IMG/VR virus record: IMGVR_UViG_3300048583_000056
Span: 1,245-65,244 of that record
DNA length: 64,000 nucleotides
Strand: one strand, 5' to 3'
Source: a virus
Lineage: Duplodnaviria; Caudoviricetes
Below the pieces are notes generated by a model, which searched no databases, was not told the DNA's origin, and was given only the letters and a program-made list of their open reading frames with translations. The translations under genes and the position numbers were made by a program. Position 1 is the first letter of the stretch, and each line of letters opens with the position of its first letter. This document shows, one piece after another, positions 55,895 to 64,000 of the stretch.

Positions 55895-57706
55895 ATGAGT
55901 AACATACCGGAATACAATCTTCCATCAAACGCATATGCGAACTTTGATGCAACGTCACTGAAGACGTTCATGATAGAGCAGTTGAATAACTCTGGTAAAT
56001 TCACTGATCAAAATTATGAAGGTTCTAATATATCTGCCTTGCTGGATGTATTGGCGTATTATACTCACGTTCTGATGTTCTATTTGAACCAAACGTCCTC
56101 AGAATCATCCTTTTCCCAAGCATCCATTTATGAAAACATGAATAGGATCGTTAAACTGATTGGTTACAAACCAACAGGTAGACAAACTTCACTGATTTCC
56201 ATAGATTGTTCAGCATTAGCTGATTTGGACAGAGGTAACTATGCAATTAAGAAGTATAGTTACTTTTTAGTGGATAATATCCAATATACATTCATCAATG
56301 ACCAAATTTTCGAGAAAAGCACAACCGCTTTAGAGAATATCGAGAGTATATCAAATACTGCTATCCTATATCAAGGGACAGTGGGCGAATACCCAGCATA
56401 TACCGCTGAAGGTATCGAATTCGAATCATTTCCAATCGTTGTGGATAACTTGGTCGCGACCAACGATACGAGATTCATCTCACACGGAACTATCAGTGTA
56501 TATGTGAAAGAATTGGATGATGATACTTGGGTGGAGTATTCTGAAGTCGATAGCTTGTTCTTATCGAAGTCCACTGATCGAGTATATGATCTAAGACTCA
56601 ATGAAAATGGCCATTACGAGATAAAATTCGGAAATGGTGTATTTGCTCGTAAGCTAGATGTCGGTGATATCGTGAATGTGTTCTATATTCTCAGTGATGG
56701 TCAAAAGGGCCAAATCTCAAGAAATGCGATTAATGGCAACAAGCTATATATCTACAATAGCCTAACATTTAACGAAATTCATGATTCTGTTACTGCGGAG
56801 TCAAGTGCCACAAGAATCACAGATTCCAACAAAACACTTCTGACATTCTCCAACCCATCTAATTCTACTTTGATTCAGGATGGTGAGACCGTTGAACAGA
56901 TTCGCCAAAACAGTTCTATATTTCTCTCCAATCAATTGAGATTGGTGACTGCATCGGATTACGAGAGATACCTAAACAAGGCTATCCCTAACGTATTGAA
57001 TGATGTCAAGGTTGTGGACAACGATACATTCATCAAAGGCTACATTGCTTACTTCTACGAAATCTGTGTCGATCCTAACAAGGTCAACAGAGTCATTCTC
57101 AACCAAGTTAACTTTGCAGACTCTTGCGACTTCAACAATGTCAACGTTTTCTGTGTTCCTAGATTCTTGAACACCTTAGATGGACAGTATCCAGAATTCA
57201 TAAACAACAACTTCAAAACTCTGATTAAGAACATTACACAGGACAAGAAAATGATCAGCAATACAGTGGTTCCTAGAGACCCGTTGTACATGGCACTCGA
57301 TATTGGTGTTACAAATCTACCAGTATCCAAGAACATCTATCCTAATTGTAAATTGGTCATCATCAGAGACAAGAACGATAGAACGAACAAGTCTGCCATC
57401 AAAACAAATGTTGTAAACATACTTCTACAATACTTCAATCCAGAGAATGTGACACTGGGACAAACTATAGACATGACTGATATTACTTCACAGATATCTA
57501 AGGTTGCAGGTATCAAAAAAATAAGAACATTCAACGAGACAGAAAACATCTATTTCGATGGTGTATCTTTCGTTATGTGGAATCCTCTATTCGAAGGAGT
57601 AGATGAGACTATCATAAATCAAACAGTGACATTACCATATTTCAAATTTCCATACATCTATAACCCACAAACACTTTCAAACAGAATTGATGTAATCGAT
57701 GAATAA
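55895..57706 (+). CDS. gp6: Baseplate wedge protein gp6
   Basis: FTDQNYEGSN..ALLDVLAY, IKFGNGVF, GETVEQIR, RLVTASDY. Confidence 0.9.
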   Translation: MSNIPEYNLPSNAYANFDATSLKTFMIEQLNNSGKFTDQNYEGSNISALLDVLAYYTHVLMFYLNQTSSESSFSQASIYENMNRIVKLIGYKPTGRQTSLISIDCSALADLDRGNYAIKKYSYFLVDNIQYTFINDQIFEKSTTALENIESISNTAILYQGTVGEYPAYTAEGIEFESFPIVVDNLVATNDTRFISHGTISVYVKELDDDTWVEYSEVDSLFLSKSTDRVYDLRLNENGHYEIKFGNGVFARKLDVGDIVNVFYILSDGQKGQISRNAINGNKLYIYNSLTFNEIHDSVTAESSATRITDSNKTLLTFSNPSNSTLIQDGETVEQIRQNSSIFLSNQLRLVTASDYERYLNKAIPNVLNDVKVVDNDTFIKGYIAYFYEICVDPNKVNRVILNQVNFADSCDFNNVNVFCVPRFLNTLDGQYPEFINNNFKTLIKNITQDKKMISNTVVPRDPLYMALDIGVTNLPVSKNIYPNCKLVIIRDKNDRTNKSAIKTNVVNILLQYFNPENVTLGQTIDMTDITSQISKVAGIKKIRTFNETENIYFDGVSFVMWNPLFEGVDETIINQTVTLPYFKFPYIYNPQTLSNRIDVIDE

Positions 57707-59921
57707 TACCACTTATATAAATTTCAGTGCATTCGATTACAACAAAGTTGATACCTTATCAACATACTGTATTGAGTTAACACCACTCACATTCATCCCG
57801 GATATTCCTGTTGGATTTCCGCATAGATTGGTGTGGGATTTCGGTGACGAGACAACTTCCAAGAGTCCATCTGCGACCAAGATTTATAACTTTCCGGGAG
57901 TGTATAATGTATCGTTGATAGTATATGACTGTGACACGAATGCACAAATTTCGACATATACTAAACAAATAGTTGTATACAACTATATCCCTTTCACGTT
58001 CAACATCAAAGTTAATAGCTTCAATTTCCTATTGACTGAAGATGGTGACTATATGTTGAATGAATTTGGTAATCGTATAAGTATCGATGGTCCAACAATG
58101 GATTTGAAGAATGGTCAATTTTCAAATAGCTTAGATATAAATGCGTTTTATCCGAGTTATCAAACACCTTCATCTATTTTCTACACAATCAAGGGATCTA
58201 ATAGTTTGGATTACTGGGAAGTGAAGGACAATAAGTTTAACCATTTACAAAATACGAGAAGTCTATACGAAAAGGTTTACAACCACCATATAAAGACCTT
58301 TCAATATAAACCCATCGACAAAATAGATTTTCAAACATCGTCTATATATGTCAGAATGGTTGACAACACTATTACCCCTTGTTCTAGTGACGATGAGGGT
58401 GCTGTTTTTGTTGGTTTATCTGGAACAAAATCTGTATATATCAAGGATGATACAGTTGTAGAAGACGCCATCATCAATTTTAAATTTGATAAGGTCAACA
58501 ACTATATTTTCAATAGAAACAACTACGTCAATACTACATATCACAACAATTTGGGTATACTTGTTAAGTATAATATTTTAGAAAACGATGAGATCGATAG
58601 ATTGTCTGTAACCTCAAACGGTTTAGATGGTGAATTCTATTCAATCTCTTCATTTGATATTTCAACGATCAAGTATTACGACACAAAAATTCCATTTGTG
58701 GTCAAGATAAAGGATTCGAAGAATACCTCACCGAAGAATTTCAATAGTATAGCTCTATCAGCACTAGATATTCGTGTAAATGCGACGGTTGATGGTAATA
58801 GTATAGTTTTGTCATCAGGTGATTATAATATATACTCTCTAGAAGACTCCTTGTCTGCGCAAACACACAATGGAGCATTTAGAGGATATATCACCTTTCT
58901 GAATAACTATTCGACGTATTTGGACTCGGTTTATCTTAGCATCAGCGGTTCTTTCTTATCTGATGGCGCAGATACTTACGATATCTCAACAGAATCCACA
59001 AGATTTTCAGTATATCCAACAGATTACTATGATGTTTGGAAGAAAAACGAAGATTTTGATCCTAAAATGACTTTAATGGACCTAAGATTCCAAGAAACAC
59101 TTATAGATAAAAATGTATTGTTTGAAAATTTCTTGGGTGGGATATTGGGCGATAGTGAGTCTGACCATGAAGCAATCGGAGTTAAGATATATGAAAAAAT
59201 TGCGAATTTTACACAAAATACGCAAGATGTTGAAACTTGTGAGTTGGACTTTTTAGAATCCAATGGCCAATTTGTCGGATATAACGATCAAGGTGAGGAA
59301 TATTACAATTATCCTGAAAAGATAAAACGTTTGGTTAACTTGGGGTCAATCGATAAAAATAAATTAATTGGGGCCACCAACAAATTTAGAGAAAATTTCG
59401 ATATTCGTGGAAGAGCTAGCAAAACTGAGTTTGGTATCAATATAGGAGACAAAATTCGCCCAAATTCTTATGTGGTCAACAGAGAAGTTCCGATAGTAGC
59501 ACTTGAGAAGTTTAGCAACACTTATATACTATTAAACACATATAGACCATCAACAACAGAGACAATATCATTAACTGATGAGTTTGGAAATATTTTGACA
59601 GATGAGTTTGGTAATGTCATAGGATCTACTTATATCCATACTACAAATTACCCATTATCGGGATATTCTAGTGATTGGGGTTGGCCATTAGTTTTACCAA
59701 ATAATTTCAATTTTGAAGATATTGAAAAATATTATCTGTTTTTTGATTATGTTGAAAAATATGATGATAACATATTGGGTGGGGTAATAGATTTTGATAA
59801 CACTAAAACCAATATTCCTTTAAGTATTGCCACCCCGCAATTATTTGATGTTTCCACAATATTCAAAATCATGATCACCGATACTCTTTATAGTTCTTTA
59901 TCATTACACACTAAATATTAA
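57699..59921 (+). CDS. PKD-domain baseplate-associated protein
   Basis: WDFGDETTS...YNFPGVYNVSL. Confidence 0.75.
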   Translation: MNNTTYINFSAFDYNKVDTLSTYCIELTPLTFIPDIPVGFPHRLVWDFGDETTSKSPSATKIYNFPGVYNVSLIVYDCDTNAQISTYTKQIVVYNYIPFTFNIKVNSFNFLLTEDGDYMLNEFGNRISIDGPTMDLKNGQFSNSLDINAFYPSYQTPSSIFYTIKGSNSLDYWEVKDNKFNHLQNTRSLYEKVYNHHIKTFQYKPIDKIDFQTSSIYVRMVDNTITPCSSDDEGAVFVGLSGTKSVYIKDDTVVEDAIINFKFDKVNNYIFNRNNYVNTTYHNNLGILVKYNILENDEIDRLSVTSNGLDGEFYSISSFDISTIKYYDTKIPFVVKIKDSKNTSPKNFNSIALSALDIRVNATVDGNSIVLSSGDYNIYSLEDSLSAQTHNGAFRGYITFLNNYSTYLDSVYLSISGSFLSDGADTYDISTESTRFSVYPTDYYDVWKKNEDFDPKMTLMDLRFQETLIDKNVLFENFLGGILGDSESDHEAIGVKIYEKIANFTQNTQDVETCELDFLESNGQFVGYNDQGEEYYNYPEKIKRLVNLGSIDKNKLIGATNKFRENFDIRGRASKTEFGINIGDKIRPNSYVVNREVPIVALEKFSNTYILLNTYRPSTTETISLTDEFGNILTDEFGNVIGSTYIHTTNYPLSGYSSDWGWPLVLPNNFNFEDIEKYYLFFDYVEKYDDNILGGVIDFDNTKTNIPLSIATPQLFDVSTIFKIMITDTLYSSLSLHTKY

Positions 59922-59924
59922 AAG

Positions 59925-62702
59925 ATGTATTTAAAATTTTCACAATTTCCTGTATTGAATAATCCTGCTCCAAATGCTGGTATCCCAGTAATACAGCAGG
60001 GTGAAAATTATCTAATTTCTGTAAGCTCTTTACAAATTAATTCTTCGGTGTTGTCCGTTGCCGGGAGACAGGGTAATATAACTTTATCTGCATCAGATAT
60101 AATTGGATTGGATGCAAACGTTCTCACAATCTCCAATGCTTCTATTACATTTGCGCCTATTTCTGCGATTAATAAATTATCATTGACAACGAATGCTATT
60201 TCTGCTAATGTTTTGTCATTATCTTCTCAGTTGGAGCAAAAGGCTAACAAACATTTAGATAATGTTTTTACTGGTATAAATGTCTTCGAGGAAGAAGCAA
60301 TTTTTTCTGGTTTGGCTACTTTTGATAGTAATGTTTCTGGTTTAAATAAATTTCACGTTGGATTGGACCAAGTTGATAACACTTCCGATTTAAATAAACC
60401 AATTTCCACCGCAACAATGTCGGCTTTGAATGTAAAGGCCGATTTAACATTAGTTAATAGTCTATCAACAAAAGTTAATACTTTATCTGCCGATCCTACT
60501 TTATCGTTAAGGATTAATACACTATCTTCAAATATTAGTAATTTGGGTAATAATATAGAAACATTATCATCCAATATCAACATTATTGATAATAATGTAA
60601 ATGCATTGTCTTCAAACGTTAATAATTTAAATAGTAATGTAATTTCGTTATCCTCAAATGTTAACGATGTCGAAGATAATTTATTATTAAAGACGGACCT
60701 AGTTTATTTTATAGAATTATCTAGTAATTGGGTAGAAACAGACACGGTTGTTCGTTCCAATTCTTCTATTTGGGTCGGGAGTGATTCTGGGAAGGCGAAT
60801 TTGAGTGGGGGTAATATATTTTCGGGAACTCAAACAATAAATGAGCTGATTGTTGATGGCAATGCATCATTTTCTAACGACGTGGATTTCACCTCCGCTA
60901 ATATTGTGGGAATGAATAAATCTCAGGTTGGTTTAGATCAAGTTGATAATACTTCCGATCTGAATAAACCGATTTCGACTAATACTGCATCTGCATTAAA
61001 TCTCAAAGCAGACTTGAATTTGGTTCGTGCGTTGTCTTCAAAGATAAACTCATTATCATCCAACTCATTATCCACATATACCATTAGTGGAGTAGATTTA
61101 TCTGATTATTTTAATGTTAATAATTATACTATTGTTAATGGTGAAACCGAATTTAATAATCAAGTTTATTTTTTCGGCCCGGTAAATGGATTGATTTCTG
61201 AATATGTTGGATTAGAAAATTGCGATAATACTAGCGATATTAGTAAACCAGTATCAGGACCGCAGCAAACAGCTTTAAATTTAAAGGCCAATCAAACATC
61301 TTTTATAACACTGTCTTCGAGGACAGAATTTGGGTTGAATAATTTATCTTCGACCAAAGCAGATATTGCTTTGGTGTATACTCTTTCCGCTCAAACCCAA
61401 ACACTCCTAAATTCGAAAGCCGACTCGATCAATGTCAATACATTATCATCTAATGTCAATACATTATCATCTAATGTCAACAGTTTGGGTAATGATGTGA
61501 ATACATTATCATCTAATGTAAGTATTCACAACAATAACTTATTATTGAAGGCGGATTTAACTTCTGTTAACAATTTATCCTCCAAGGTAATTTCTCTATC
61601 ATCGAAGGTTGATAGTTTAACACAGACTACTCTCAGTGGATTCGACTTAAAAACAATAAATAATTTATCTTTATTGGGAGACGGAAATATTAATATTTTG
61701 GGGCTGCCAAATCGTTCTGGTGAGTTGCCCAGTGGATCATATGAACTCACTTCACAAGATGCTGGGAAATTAGTATGGAAAATATCTGGTGATACCACAA
61801 TAACTATGCCCGAACACCCAAATCTTCGAGCTTGGCATAGTAGTAGTTTGTCACGTATAGCATTCCAAGCAGCTTTTGGATCAACCATTACTTTACCAGA
61901 CACCGATTTTGATTGGCCTGATGGTATCGGTGAGGGACCACCAATTGTTCTCACTGGTGAAGATGGGATTGTTGTTTTTGAAGCCATTGGTAGTAGTTAT
62001 GTTGGTTCTAGATTAAACTCTGCAAGAGTTGACAGGGGGGGATCTGGCACTAGTGGCAACATAGGTATATGGAATCATGTCGAAAAAAAATATAATTCTG
62101 TTCCTATGACTGGCGATGTAAGCATCGATGTCAACGGTATCACAGAAATTGAGGGTGCGGTAACACTAAGCATGAGTGCTGGGGCACTAGCCAAATATGA
62201 TGGAACAAGTTTCATTGATGCGGTTGCGGGAGTAGATTATGCGACAGTGGCAAATATAAATTCATTGTCTGCTAACATAGCAAATAAAGCAAATTTAACA
62301 TCGGTTAATAACTTATCAGCAGAAGTAATAGCTTTAACTAATACACCAAAGATCTCGGCTTGTTTGAGTGTTGCTATAAGTGACGAAATTACTCCATTAA
62401 CTATTGGAACTAATAAATTATCTATTCGTGCTCCTTTCAATATGACTATTCGATCAGTTAAAGCATCTCTAACGACCGCTGCTAGTAGTGGTATCACAAC
62501 ATTTGACATCAATATAAATGGTGTTAGCATGCTTGGCAATAAACTCAATATCGATTCATCAGAAACCAGCAGCAAAACTGCTGCTGTCTCTGCTACAATA
62601 ACAACACCGTCGATAATTGATGATGATGTAATTACTTTTGATGTGGATGCCGCTGGAAGTGGTGCAACAGGGGCGAAAATTTATTTTATTTACACTCAAT
62701 AA
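59925..62702 (+). CDS. Long fibre/appendage protein
   Basis: SVAGRQG.I.L, three VGL..(V/C)DNTSD..KP(I/V)S repeats, VNTLSSN heptads, globular C-domain. Confidence 0.8.
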   Translation: MYLKFSQFPVLNNPAPNAGIPVIQQGENYLISVSSLQINSSVLSVAGRQGNITLSASDIIGLDANVLTISNASITFAPISAINKLSLTTNAISANVLSLSSQLEQKANKHLDNVFTGINVFEEEAIFSGLATFDSNVSGLNKFHVGLDQVDNTSDLNKPISTATMSALNVKADLTLVNSLSTKVNTLSADPTLSLRINTLSSNISNLGNNIETLSSNINIIDNNVNALSSNVNNLNSNVISLSSNVNDVEDNLLLKTDLVYFIELSSNWVETDTVVRSNSSIWVGSDSGKANLSGGNIFSGTQTINELIVDGNASFSNDVDFTSANIVGMNKSQVGLDQVDNTSDLNKPISTNTASALNLKADLNLVRALSSKINSLSSNSLSTYTISGVDLSDYFNVNNYTIVNGETEFNNQVYFFGPVNGLISEYVGLENCDNTSDISKPVSGPQQTALNLKANQTSFITLSSRTEFGLNNLSSTKADIALVYTLSAQTQTLLNSKADSINVNTLSSNVNTLSSNVNSLGNDVNTLSSNVSIHNNNLLLKADLTSVNNLSSKVISLSSKVDSLTQTTLSGFDLKTINNLSLLGDGNINILGLPNRSGELPSGSYELTSQDAGKLVWKISGDTTITMPEHPNLRAWHSSSLSRIAFQAAFGSTITLPDTDFDWPDGIGEGPPIVLTGEDGIVVFEAIGSSYVGSRLNSARVDRGGSGTSGNIGIWNHVEKKYNSVPMTGDVSIDVNGITEIEGAVTLSMSAGALAKYDGTSFIDAVAGVDYATVANINSLSANIANKANLTSVNNLSAEVIALTNTPKISACLSVAISDEITPLTIGTNKLSIRAPFNMTIRSVKASLTTAASSGITTFDININGVSMLGNKLNIDSSETSSKTAAVSATITTPSIIDDDVITFDVDAAGSGATGAKIYFIYTQ
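61431..61520 (+). repeat. 21-bp coding tandem repeat (NVNTLSS heptads)
   Basis: AATGTCAATACATTATCATCT x2 exact plus degenerate copies. Confidence 0.85.
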
Positions 62703-62703
62703 T

Positions 62704-63360
62704 ATGTTAATAAATCCTTTCTGGTTTTCATCTATAATTTCATCTGATTATGCATTTCAAGAAGATTTTGAAGGTGCTGGGATGCCTGTGAACTTTGTAG
62801 AGTATGGTGGAACACAAACTCGAAATTATGATTATAGTGTATCACCTTTACAAGGCAGTCAATCATATTTCATTGATTCCACTACCACCAGCTCACCTAG
62901 AGGAAATGTTTGGTCTAACGCATTAGACACAAATGCATTTAGTGTTTATTTCATGTGGAGAAGAGACAACGACCCAACAGCAGTTGCCGCAATATGGCAA
63001 AAAATAAGAAAAATTGATAACGCCACACAAAATTCTTTGTCTTTAAACAATACCACATCAAGTCTAATTCTTCGTAATGGAAATTCTATATCAGGAACAG
63101 GAAGTTATTTAACTTCAATAGGAGTGACTTATCACATATGGATAGATGTGGACGCCATAACTGGAAATTTATCGGTATTTATAAATACTGATAGTAATAA
63201 ACCATTAACCCCAGCACTCACTCAAACTGGGTATAATCCAAATAGTCCGGTTTCTTCGGATACTGGGGGAGTAGTTTTTTGCTCTATGAGAAGTATGGAA
63301 TGTGTTTTTGATAAAATCAGAATTAAAACTAATGGTATTATTGGATCTAATCCATCATAA
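62704..63360 (+). CDS. Lectin/ConA-like fibre-associated protein
   Basis: Start MLINPFWF just after the fibre stop; beta-rich, FQEDFEG...YHIWID...FDKIRI. Confidence 0.6.
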   Translation: MLINPFWFSSIISSDYAFQEDFEGAGMPVNFVEYGGTQTRNYDYSVSPLQGSQSYFIDSTTTSSPRGNVWSNALDTNAFSVYFMWRRDNDPTAVAAIWQKIRKIDNATQNSLSLNNTTSSLILRNGNSISGTGSYLTSIGVTYHIWIDVDAITGNLSVFINTDSNKPLTPALTQTGYNPNSPVSSDTGGVVFCSMRSMECVFDKIRIKTNGIIGSNPS

Positions 63361-63378
63361 GACTAAATACTATTGATT

Positions 63379-64000
63379 ATGCCATCTACCCCAACAAGAA
63401 CACCCTCATATGGCCCCAATGGAACACATTGGCCGGGACAAATATCTGGTCTCGTTACGCCATTTATGTATGATGAAACTATACCAAATAAGATTATAGT
63501 CGATTGCACATTTGCTGCAATTTCATCTACCATTAGAAGTTTATCTGATTCTCAAGTAACGGCAGGGACATTAATCCAAGTTCGACCCGGAACATTGGTG
63601 GGTGGTGGTGGTTCTAGCCAATCACCATTATCTTTAAATACTGTCGGTAATTCATCATGGTCAAAGCGTGTTACTGTTGCTCCTCTTAGTGGATTTGGAA
63701 GCATTACTATTTCCAACGGTCTGCGTATAGATAAAATGAGAAACATCTGTTTCGCAGGGTTTGTTATAGATGGAAAACTTAGAATTCAAAGCTCCACCCG
63801 CTTTGCCTTTGCTTGGTGCGTCGTCAATGGAAACATCGCCGTGTCCGGGACGGTCGCCGGAGAACCGGACCCAAGACAGTGGGAGTTCGTGGAATTTGTG
63901 AAACGTGAGGTTTACCAACCGGATGCCACCGACCCGATGCAGTTGCAGAGCTTTGACAATCTCGGAAAAACTCTGGATGGGCTAGTTCAAGACGGGTGCT
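63379..64000 (+). CDS. Putative beta-helix receptor-binding/depolymerase protein (runs off the window)
   Basis: Not in ORF track; open from ATG 63379 (MPSTPTRTPSYGPNGTHWPG...LIQVRPGT) to the window end; TAAATA upstream. Confidence 0.6.
   Translation, partial: MPSTPTRTPSYGPNGTHWPGQISGLVTPFMYDETIPNKIIVDCTFAAISSTIRSLSDSQVTAGTLIQVRPGTLVGGGGSSQSPLSLNTVGNSSWSKRVTVAPLSGFGSITISNGLRIDKMRNICFAGFVIDGKLRIQSSTRFAFAWCVVNGNIAVSGTVAGEPDPRQWEFVEFVKREVYQPDATDPMQLQSFDNLGKTLDGLVQDGC

Noticed and set aside
67-63918. Many short antisense or overlapping ORFs in the track (e.g. 478-795, 3235-3609, 23522-23941, 37880-38305, 61526-61987, 63661-63918)
   Set aside because: Shadow frames of well-supported genes on the opposite strand or in another frame.
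1-64000. CRISPR array, tRNA or rRNA genes
   Set aside because: No regularly spaced repeat-spacer units or cloverleaf/T-loop signatures seen; intergenic space is minimal. A by-eye miss is possible.
1-64000. Stop-codon reassignment
   Set aside because: Core genes are full length in the standard code with high coding density; TAA and TGA both terminate genes.

Overview
A 64-kb segment of a large, AT-rich, lytic T4-like myophage genome (standard genetic code). It carries the T4 replication/recombination core (uvsY, uvsW, gp55, gp47, gp46, gp43, uvsX, gp41, gp32, gp45, gp61, gp44), phoH, baseplate genes (gp25, gp6), a fibre/lectin block, three free-standing GIY-YIG endonucleases, an adenine MTase and four glycosyltransferases (one cut by the window edge). 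No tRNA, rRNA, CRISPR array, integrase, intron or intein was recognised. Most notable: (i) two mucin-like Thr-rich paralogues with a shared Cys-rich module directly followed by a GT2 gene (candidate virion-glycosylation system); (ii) a prohead-protease (gp21) paralogue lacking its catalytic residues, placed in the replication cluster; (iii) over a dozen genes with T4-type capsid-targeting leaders, including an aspartic protease; (iv) strict CCWGG avoidance visible in Pro-Gly codon choice; (v) early and late promoters set so close to start codons that most mRNAs should be nearly leaderless; (vi) an inverted-repeat-bounded AT-rich gap next to uvsY (candidate origin). All assignments are by-eye motif recognition, and no database search was run.
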